The position numbers and the translations under genes are program-made. Positions 56,245 through 64,000 of a DNA stretch of 64,000 nt are shown here, piece by piece; position 1 is the stretch's first letter; each line of letters opens with the position of its first letter. The stretch is from a bacterium (GTDB taxonomy: Bacteria; UBA8248): NCBI GenBank assembly GCA_965221165.1, contig CBDCRP010000003.1:1184001-1248000 (forward strand). Reading direction: 5' to 3'. The notes under the pieces are model-generated. The model had not been told where the DNA came from, searched no databases, and worked only from the letters and a program-made list of their open reading frames with translations.

Positions 56245-56360
56245 GTATGCTATGAGCATACATCTGTATCCCGTTGAAATTCCTGCACTCCGCGCTGACC
56301 GTATGCTAATGGCATACACTGGAAACAGGCTATTTCCTGCAATGTATGCTATGAGCATAC
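56245..56360. repeat. Three 17-bp palindromes GTATGC-N5-GCATAC
   Basis: 56245-56261, 56301-56317, 56344-56360. Confidence 0.9.
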
Positions 56361-56509
56361 GCGACGGGGATGCGCTCTATCATGATGGCTACCAATTTGG
56401 TAGTTCATGAAACGGGGACATTTGTCGGATTTTTGGATCCTCGAGGCGTGCGATTGGTGTACAAAAAGAGAGTTTTACGGTTGTCTTACGACCGGGAGGA
56501 ACTGAAATT

Positions 56510-56848
56510 TTGATGAAACGAGCGACAATATCAATGGTTCAGACAACACGGAAGAACGTCCGCCTCGCGCCCGGACTGTGGACTCGCGTCGAAAAAGAGG
56601 CGCACAAGCGGCGTGTTTCGCCGAACAAGCTTGTGGTCGAGCTCGCGATAGAGGCCTTAGAATGCAGGGAATGGCCGCGAACGGAGGCAGAAATCCACCT
56701 GTTGCGCTCCGCCATGTTCGCCGCACAGGCCATCATCCGCGACATGGAAAAGACCGGACGCGAGGAAGAAATCGAGCAAATCAGCAGAAATATCTCCGAA
56801 GTCGCGCCGGAACTGCCGTGTAAATTAGAAAGTCATGAAAACCGTTGA
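56510..56848 (+). CDS. Putative ribbon-helix-helix DNA-binding protein
   Basis: RKNVRL strand followed by LWTRVEKEA..RVSPNKLVVELA helices. Confidence 0.65.
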   Translation: MMKRATISMVQTTRKNVRLAPGLWTRVEKEAHKRRVSPNKLVVELAIEALECREWPRTEAEIHLLRSAMFAAQAIIRDMEKTGREEEIEQISRNISEVAPELPCKLESHENR

Positions 56849-56934
56849 CAAACGCCTTAACTCGGACCACCAAAGGCAATCCGGCTTATGGTGCACACTA
56901 GTCACCCACTTTTAAATGAAGGAGTCGTGTAGCG

Positions 56935-57756
56935 ATGGAGAATAAAGAAGAACTGGAACTAGAAGTAAGAAGAATATTGGCTTCCGAGGTGGAAGGGCAC
57001 CGCTCATTTCTTCAATCTCAGTTTCGTAATTTAACGTGGGGTATTGGGATTCTATTCACAGTAGGTGCGATAATATTTAGTTTTCTGTTTGGTAGATCTA
57101 TTGATGAATCAAGAGAGCACCTAATCTCGACCATTGATACAAAAGTGGTTGATTATCGAATCGTTGAATCTTTCAAGAAGAAGCTCGAAGAATTCATAAG
57201 TATCGCAGTAGAAAGAGCAATTGATGAGGAGAAAACAAAAGAGAAAATAGCTGTATATATTGCTGCCGCAACAAAAAAAGCTGTCGAGCAAGCCAAGAAA
57301 GAGGCTGAGGATTCGTTGAAAGAAAGTATAGAGGATACGTTGACAAAAACTGTAAAGGAAGAGATTTCTCAGACAAAGATTCTAAATGCATCTCAGTTGA
57401 TAGAAAAAACATCTATGCCGAGAGGCGCAGTAATTTCATTCAACAGAGAGGCTTGCCCTCATGGTTGGGAGGAATATGAGGCCGCATACGGCAGATTTAT
57501 ACGAGGAACTGACAAAAGCGGTAAGAAGATAGATCCAGATGGCAAAAGAAAGTCTGGGTCACTTCAAAATGATTCTTTCGCATCTCATAATCACGAGCAT
57601 TATATTATCGGATGGGGGAAGGGAAAATCCGACCCGAGCCATGCTCGTGCCGATGGTAATAGCCCGCGAAATCGATGGAGTTACAGAACTAAAAATTCTG
57701 GTAGATCTGAAACAAGGCCCAAGAATATCACACTTCTTTACTGCAAAAAAACATGA
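56935..57756 (+). CDS. Membrane-anchored coiled-coil protein with C-terminal phage tail-collar-like domain
   Basis: TM helix near residues 33-52; PRGAVISF...CPHGW...GRFIRG...GSLQNDSFASHNH...ETRPKNITLLYCKK; low GC. Confidence 0.7.
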   Translation: MENKEELELEVRRILASEVEGHRSFLQSQFRNLTWGIGILFTVGAIIFSFLFGRSIDESREHLISTIDTKVVDYRIVESFKKKLEEFISIAVERAIDEEKTKEKIAVYIAAATKKAVEQAKKEAEDSLKESIEDTLTKTVKEEISQTKILNASQLIEKTSMPRGAVISFNREACPHGWEEYEAAYGRFIRGTDKSGKKIDPDGKRKSGSLQNDSFASHNHEHYIIGWGKGKSDPSHARADGNSPRNRWSYRTKNSGRSETRPKNITLLYCKKT

Positions 57757-58532
57757 TTATTTTATATATATGAATAGGTTTCTTTGCTTAACTTTTGGGT
57801 AAAAGGCTTAATGTGTATAGATTCAATTTTGGAGACGATTCCTAGGTAAGCCGCTACCGAGAGGCACGCATCTGACCAGCGCATCAGGTATTGCGCGACT
57901 ATGGCGGCCATAGATATTCGTTCGGGTGCTAACATCGTTGACATCCTCGTCATCTAGAAACACCTTCCTGGCCACTTGGCGTAACTTGCTCGACGGTATG
58001 GCATCGGGAATTTCACGGCACCTCACCTATAAGCCCAGATCGCAGTTTCCAAGTGGATGGCAACGTAAGTCGCCCTCGCCCTAGGCAACCCATTGTCGCT
58101 TAGCGATGTCCCGTGCGTATATCGTGATGTGTTGGATTTACCCACTTTTCCCCATCGTGCCACAACAACCAAGCTGCCAAAATCAGTCCGATCGAAGCAA
58201 TCAGACGGCCATCCGACACTTAGATAAATAACAGCATTTAGCGTAATTTCAAGTAGCGGAACAATGTGTACGCGGATGTTACTAGATCTCGCACCTAGTC
58301 AGGTAACGACAAGGATTGACAATCTGGGCAACCGAGACGTACTTTTGTTGCGACATGACAAACGGGATAAAATTCCACGCCAGTTCCAAAACAATTTCGG
58401 TGGTTTTTTATTTCGCTGCAGAATTTAAATTTGATAGGCTTGCAGCTCCCCAATTCACATAGCCACGAATTGTTAAAACCAAGATTTCAACCTAATTATC
58501 TTCTTAAGCCGCCGGGCCAATAAACAACTCGC

Positions 58533-60800
58533 ATGATCGACATAAATGACGAAATTTTTCGCGTTCAGAAAATTGCGGCTCAAGCGTTATGCAACCAGGG
58601 CGAAAATCGGCGCGAGCATCTATTGCAAGCTGCCGACGACCTGCGCAAGGTTATGGAACGCCAAAGCCTCCAAGTCCGCGACCTCATCTTGTCACAACCA
58701 CCCGTCCAATTGCTCGGATACCTGTGGGCGCAGTTTCACATGAGTGTACTGGCCGATCTCCGGGAGAAGGGCAAGGATTACAGGCCGGATAAAGAGGTCG
58801 TGCAGACTTTCCAATTCGCGCTGGAACATGTCCACGCCGTTTGGAGTTGCCATGCGAAACTCGTAGATGAAGCAACCGTAGAATCACTCTTCGAAGCACT
58901 CGAAATACTCCAAAATACGACCAAGTTTTATTGTCTTACCAGTTCAGCGGCAAAGATTGGGCCGGGCACCGACCGTCAGTCGGCTGACACGGAGTTTCAC
59001 GCCAAATCCGCGTGGGTACTCAATCGGGGCCACAGATATCAGGTTCTAGAAGAAGAATTCTTCACATTTGTTCTCGAACCACATGCCGAAGCGTTGCGAG
59101 ATAGCTACGGGTTGACGTTTGATGCAATCGCCACTGGTATTCAGGCAATTGCAAATTCGATGCGTACTGGATTCTCCCATGCCGCCGAGCAGATACAAGA
59201 GGGCATGGAACAGGCCTATGCCTTGGTGGAGGAATCTGGGGACGGACTCGGCGATGCCATCAAAAAAATCAAGAAAGCTGATGGCAATTTTGCCGCCAAA
59301 ATGTCGGGCGCCATGCATGACATCTTTTATGGCGGCATCTGTAATCTATCCCGGCATACCAACTTCACTTCGCCTCTACTCGAGGATCTCTGCTATTCGC
59401 CAGGGGAAAACACAGAATTCTTCGCCGATGGAGAGTTCAAAGGAACGCCAATGCGAACCCTGCCCTCTTTGATAAAACCGGGAATTAAGCTCGGCGGCGA
59501 GTATTACGTCACAGACGCTCAGTTCGTGCGCGATTCTGCTTACCGCGCCATCCAGCGCGGGCTGCTCAGCCGCCTGCCAAAATATCGCGAGGAATGGAAT
59601 CGTCGCCAGAAGGCTCTTGTGGAGCAATCATTTCCCGCGATCTTCAAGCACCAGCTCCACGAAGCGTCTAAGTACTCCGAGGTCTTTTTCAAGAACCCGA
59701 AAACCGGCCAATGGGTCGAATCCGATCTTGTGATGACGATTGACGATGTTCTCTTGGTCATTGAAGCGAAAGCTGGCGTGATGGCGATGCACTCCCCGGC
59801 GACCAACTTCGAGCGGCATGAGCGTGTCATCCGTGAACTAATCATCAAAGCATACGAACAGTGTAGGCGCTTTATCGAATATCTCGTGAGTGCTTCGGAA
59901 GTCTCTATCTACCATATGGTCAACGGTAAGCATGTCGAAATAGGCCGCCTTCGACAGCGGGACATTAGGACGATTCTGCCGATTGGCCTCACTGTTGAAG
60001 CTTTTACACCTTTCTCTGCCATGTCCAAGGATCTGGCCAAAATTCAGCCGCTACTCGGAAAACATCCTTTCATTTCTATGTCGGTAGACGATCTGTTCGT
60101 TCTCAACCGTTTCCTTCCGACTACCGGTGAACTTTTTCACTACCTTGAAGTGCGGCAACAAGCATCAGGGATTCCCAACGCGATACTGATTGATGAAGTA
60201 GATCACCTAGGAGCTTACATCTCACACAACCGTTTTGATGTGGTGATGAAGGAAAAACTCAAGGAAGCTGACATGGTCATATTGGATTCGCCCAGCGATC
60301 CAGTGGATAAGTATTTCGAAGGCGAAACATGGAAAACCGAACCTGCGCCGCATCAGGAATATCCGAGGGAACTAGCTGCGGTGTTGAGTGCTCTTGACAA
60401 ATTCCGCCCGGCAGGGTGGCTTGAGATGGATGCCTATATTCGAAATTTCAATACCAGTGTCAGGAGTAATCTGGCTAACAAGTTCGTGGAACTTAAAGCG
60501 ACACTTCCTGTGCATCCGATCCGCCGTTTTCTTCTCGGTACCGAAAACCCCTTGCAAGTCTGGTTATGCCAAGGTGGTATCGAACCTTCTCTAAGAGAGA
60601 TGCGTTATCAGGGAGAAGTGGGTTGCCTCGTTATGAATGCGCCAAGAATTCTGGTTCTTCGGCTCTCATACGATGAAAAGGGTGATATCAACGAGCTCGG
60701 ATGCACATCATTTACCAAACCACTTGTAACACAACCCAACTATGCCGATTTGAAGCGCCAGGCTGAGCGTCAACTCGCTCGGGCTGTGAAATTCAACTAG
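58533..60800 (+). CDS. Large hypothetical protein with NERD/PD-(D/E)xK-like nuclease motif
   Basis: 755 aa; E...ESDLVMTIDDVLLVIEAKAG motif. Confidence 0.65.
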   Translation: MIDINDEIFRVQKIAAQALCNQGENRREHLLQAADDLRKVMERQSLQVRDLILSQPPVQLLGYLWAQFHMSVLADLREKGKDYRPDKEVVQTFQFALEHVHAVWSCHAKLVDEATVESLFEALEILQNTTKFYCLTSSAAKIGPGTDRQSADTEFHAKSAWVLNRGHRYQVLEEEFFTFVLEPHAEALRDSYGLTFDAIATGIQAIANSMRTGFSHAAEQIQEGMEQAYALVEESGDGLGDAIKKIKKADGNFAAKMSGAMHDIFYGGICNLSRHTNFTSPLLEDLCYSPGENTEFFADGEFKGTPMRTLPSLIKPGIKLGGEYYVTDAQFVRDSAYRAIQRGLLSRLPKYREEWNRRQKALVEQSFPAIFKHQLHEASKYSEVFFKNPKTGQWVESDLVMTIDDVLLVIEAKAGVMAMHSPATNFERHERVIRELIIKAYEQCRRFIEYLVSASEVSIYHMVNGKHVEIGRLRQRDIRTILPIGLTVEAFTPFSAMSKDLAKIQPLLGKHPFISMSVDDLFVLNRFLPTTGELFHYLEVRQQASGIPNAILIDEVDHLGAYISHNRFDVVMKEKLKEADMVILDSPSDPVDKYFEGETWKTEPAPHQEYPRELAAVLSALDKFRPAGWLEMDAYIRNFNTSVRSNLANKFVELKATLPVHPIRRFLLGTENPLQVWLCQGGIEPSLREMRYQGEVGCLVMNAPRILVLRLSYDEKGDINELGCTSFTKPLVTQPNYADLKRQAERQLARAVKFN

Positions 60801-61235
60801 CTATTTAGGCTGTGAGAACTTAAGAAGAGCGCTTGGCTTCTGCGTAACCAATTGCTTCGTGCCAGCACCTCGCTCAATTGCGCCCTACAACGGAGCGTCA
60901 ACATTTTGTGGTCGAACTCTACTAATATCCCGGTAAGATGTCTCCGCGCTTCTCTGATTGAAATCACCAAGCCGATACTCGAACGACAAGTTGTACTACT
61001 CTTTGAGAGTGAGAAATTTGTTCCTGTTCCTGATCTTCTTTCTCCTACGTCTCATTGATGGCGAATTGCAGTATGGGTATGGATGAAGATAAGCTGTTGG
61101 AAGCGACGACCGCCGATTACCTGTACGAGCGACTTGAGTGAGCATACACCAGTGCCTCTAACATCATGACCTTTGATGAGTGTACCGATCCTGCCCACCA
61201 CACGTGCCGGGAACCGACAGGATGCAGGGCCAACC

Positions 61236-62621
61236 ATGAATTCCAAAGACCTTTCTGAACTGATTGCGCTTGGCGAGGGTTTCACGACCGAGTTCAAACG
61301 CTCCGAGACTTCCAACTTGGGACGAGAAATCTGCGCTTTTGCAAATACCACCGGCGGTGTGATTCTGATCGGCGTAGAGGATAGTGGGGAGATTGTGGGA
61401 GTCGCCGACCACAACGGCCTGAAGTCCAGGGTGCAAGCCACCGCCCGCTCAGCGGATCCGCCGATTGCCATCGACGTGACGTCAATCGACAATGTGCTCT
61501 ATGTCAGAGTCCCGGAACAACATGGCAAACCCTATTCTTTCGGTGGCAAGTTCTTTATGCGCGAAGGCGCCAACTCCCAGCAAATGTCGCGGGAGGAGAT
61601 ACGTGAGTTCTTCTTCAAGGAAGGCCTTATCAGATACGATGAGATGCAGTGTCGGGAATTCCACATTGAGAACGATCTGACAAACGAGAAATGGGCGAGG
61701 TTTTCTCAGCGTGCGGGGATTCCCAAAGACCTGGAGCCGGTTACGGCGCTGGAGAATCTGCATTTGCTGAAAGCCGGAGAGATGACGAACGCGGGGGCAT
61801 GGCTGCTTGCCGACGACATCACTCGTCACACCTTACGGGCCGGGGTAATCTGTGCGGTCTTCCGGGGGACGACGAAAACCCATATCCTCGACCGCAGGGA
61901 ATTCGTCGGCGATCTTTTTTCTATCTTTGAGGATTGTATGGCGTACCTGCAGTCCAGGCTGAACACGGCTTTGATACCTCATGCTCTGGGAAGGGACGAA
62001 CGACTGGAGCTTCCTGAAGGTGCCTTGCGGGAAGCGCTGGTCAACGCCATCGTTCATCGGGACTATCGTTCTACCGCGAACGTACAGGTTCACGTCTTCC
62101 GCGACCGGTTGGAGATCGTGACGCCGGGCGGGTTGCCGGCCGGGATGCGTGAGGAGGATCTGGGTACGAAGAGCGTCCCAAGGAACCCACTCCTGTTCGG
62201 CATGTTCTACCGCATGGGGCTGGTCGAGCAGGTCGGGAGCGGCATACGACGCATTCGCCAATTGTGCCGCGACCACGGGGTAGCCGAACCGATAATCGAC
62301 GTCTCCGAGAATTGGATGACCACCACATTCGCGCGTCAGGTCGAACATGCGGCCTCGCAAGTACCCGACAAGTCCCCTGCAAGTACCCTGCAAGTCAGAA
62401 ATCTCATCCGTTCCCTGGACGGCGAGCGGACACGAGCGGAAATCCTTCAGAGTCTGGGACTCAGGGATCGGACGAATCTGGCCAAGGAATACGTGCAACC
62501 GGCTCTTGCCGCGGGCCTCATCGAGATGACCATCCCGGACAAGCCCCGTAGCAGTAAACAGAAGTACCGGCTGACGGACAAAGGCCGGGAATTGCAGGAG
62601 CGTCTGAGGCAGACGCAATGA
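61236..62621 (+). CDS. Schlafen/AlbA_2 domain + HATPase_c_4-like domain + C-terminal HTH protein
   Basis: GEGFTTEFK, ICAFANTTGGVILIGVED, REALVNAIVHRDY, PRNPLL, TIPDKPRSSKQKYRLT. Confidence 0.88.
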   Translation: MNSKDLSELIALGEGFTTEFKRSETSNLGREICAFANTTGGVILIGVEDSGEIVGVADHNGLKSRVQATARSADPPIAIDVTSIDNVLYVRVPEQHGKPYSFGGKFFMREGANSQQMSREEIREFFFKEGLIRYDEMQCREFHIENDLTNEKWARFSQRAGIPKDLEPVTALENLHLLKAGEMTNAGAWLLADDITRHTLRAGVICAVFRGTTKTHILDRREFVGDLFSIFEDCMAYLQSRLNTALIPHALGRDERLELPEGALREALVNAIVHRDYRSTANVQVHVFRDRLEIVTPGGLPAGMREEDLGTKSVPRNPLLFGMFYRMGLVEQVGSGIRRIRQLCRDHGVAEPIIDVSENWMTTTFARQVEHAASQVPDKSPASTLQVRNLIRSLDGERTRAEILQSLGLRDRTNLAKEYVQPALAAGLIEMTIPDKPRSSKQKYRLTDKGRELQERLRQTQ

Positions 62622-62999
62622 GTCTTTTTCGCTCTGCGTCGAAGACAACCTCGTCCAGCGAACCACACTCCTGAACACCTGGATCGGCGGCTCGGCCGGG
62701 AGAGTGTTTACGTCTCAACACCGAGCTCTTCGGACGCGCTGGTCTGCGCAGAAGTTTGAATTTCCTCGTTTCAAATTTGATTACAAATTGCGGAAGGCAG
62801 GTTCTTCACGGGAATGGGAAGAATCAAATTATTTCAATGAGATCAATGAGATAATAGAATTTCACGGCCGTTGGAAATGCCCTAATGTCTCTAAGCGGGC
62901 GGAAATGTCACAAAAAACTGAACCTCACCAAACCCATATCCGGTATTTTCTACAACATCACTTTTTGCCTTTTTCGCACACGCGTGTATTCAATCCGGT

Positions 63000-64000
63000 T
63001 CATCTGACCCGTGAGCGCTCAAAACTCAGTGTCTTCAGAAAACTCGCCACTTGATCGACTTCCCGGTCGCTGAGGACGCTGATGAGCTTAAATTCATCAC
63101 CGACCGCCGCCATCCGCCTGAAAAACTCGTTCCGGGCGAGAAGGCCCATTGATTCCGGCTTCAAATATCGCAGCGGATCGAAGTGAGCGATGATTGCATC
63201 TCTAACGGCAGCAAGTGATCCCGCGTGGCCGTATGGAGCCGTCTTGGCCACATTGATAAGTGGGGGGGTACGGAATTTATATAAGTCGCCGGGATCGAAT
63301 GTGACGTTGAAACGCCCGTAGTCCACTCCAAATCCGTTCTTGCCGAAACCAAGCTGAGGAAGTGGGACGGCGTGAAAACGCAGATCCGAGAAATGCGGAC
63401 CCGTGTGACAGTTCACGCACTTCCCTTTGCCATAGAAGATGATAGCGCCTTTGAGTTCATCGGACGTGAGCTCGCCGTTTCCGAAGACAAAACGATGAAA
63501 CGCGGTATCCTCCAAGCGGAACTCCGATCGAATGAATGCGGCGATTGAGCGTGCTACGTCGTTGAAAGTGATCATATCCGCCCGTTTTCCAAGCCGCATC
63601 GCGAGTTCGCTTACGGCCTGCTGTTCCGTCTTTAAAAGCCGCATGACGATTCGCTCATACAACTTCTGTGCCTGTCCCGGAGATTCAAGCTTATACCGGG
63701 ACACATCGTCATCGTCGTCGAGCATCTCGCGGATCTCTACTGGCGGGAGATGAACCGCCGTCAACAATGCATCTTGAGATGGCGCGGCATCGCCGAATTG
63801 GCTACGCGGTTTTTCGCTCGAAAAGTCTACCTTGCCATCCCAAAAGAACACGTCGAATCCCAACGCACCGCGACCCCAAAGTGGAAGCGTATTCCGAGGA
63901 ACGATTCTTCCTTCACTAAACGCGCGTTCAGGTCCCTTGCCCTTACCAAAAATACCGATCGCATTCGGTAAACCATCGGCTGAACCAAACTCGCCCAAAT
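63000..64000 (-). CDS. Di-heme cytochrome c peroxidase/MauG-like protein, partial (5' end beyond window)
   Basis: FFWDG, GAIIFYGKGKCVNCH, FRTPPLINVAKTAPYGHAG. Confidence 0.85.
   Translation of the reverse strand, partial: LGEFGSADGLPNAIGIFGKGKGPERAFSEGRIVPRNTLPLWGRGALGFDVFFWDGKVDFSSEKPRSQFGDAAPSQDALLTAVHLPPVEIREMLDDDDDVSRYKLESPGQAQKLYERIVMRLLKTEQQAVSELAMRLGKRADMITFNDVARSIAAFIRSEFRLEDTAFHRFVFGNGELTSDELKGAIIFYGKGKCVNCHTGPHFSDLRFHAVPLPQLGFGKNGFGVDYGRFNVTFDPGDLYKFRTPPLINVAKTAPYGHAGSLAAVRDAIIAHFDPLRYLKPESMGLLARNEFFRRMAAVGDEFKLISVLSDREVDQVASFLKTLSFERSRVR

Larger units (their letters stand above)
48500..64000. mobile_element. Genomic island / integrative element, right end not seen
   Basis: Two integrases, ssb, DUF4326, DUF2493, RHH, abrupt GC shifts, no housekeeping genes; boundaries approximate, no att repeat identified. 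Confidence 0.75.

Noticed and set aside
57800-58230. Possible decayed minus-strand gene (GRLIASIGLILAAWLLWHD fragment)
   Set aside because: Short broken frames; resemblance to DUF4338-like proteins too weak to call
62618-62674. Tiny ORF MSLFRSASK... overlapping the AlbA_2 gene stop
   Set aside because: Only 18 codons; cannot tell a truncated downstream gene from chance
48500-64000. CRISPR array or cas genes
   Set aside because: No regularly spaced 25-40 bp direct repeats with unique spacers; the 17-bp palindromes are too short and unevenly spaced

Overview
High-GC bacterial chromosome segment; gene order and protein style suggest a Nitrospinota/Tectomicrobia/delta-proteobacteria-like lineage (inference only). 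Positions 1-35.4 kb are the minus-strand core translation/transcription supercluster: four tRNAs, tuf, tRNA-Trp, secE, nusG, rplKAJL, rpoBC, the str, S10, spc and alpha operons, then a thioesterase and a partial alanine dehydrogenase. Positions 35.5-48.3 kb are housekeeping genes (rlmB, cysS, ispDF, PIN/TRAM, moaC, dcd, PPIase, transporters). This stretch also holds an AT-rich HEPN-motif gene between cysS and rlmB, GTAG-type REP clusters, tandem NrdR boxes plus a long structured leader ahead of dcd, and an OsmC-family gene split by an in-frame UGA at its catalytic Cys position (probable selenoprotein). From about 48.5 kb to the end is a mosaic island. It carries two tandem tyrosine integrases, a four-repeat C4 zinc-ribbon protein, a small acidic ORF, ssb, a dense hairpin array, DUF4326 and SLOG (DUF2493) genes, three 17-bp palindromes and an RHH gene. 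Lower-GC cargo follows: a membrane-anchored tail-collar-like protein, a NERD/PD-(D/E)xK-like protein, a Schlafen/AlbA_2 protein and a partial MauG-like cytochrome. All calls are by eye; no searches or folding programs were run.
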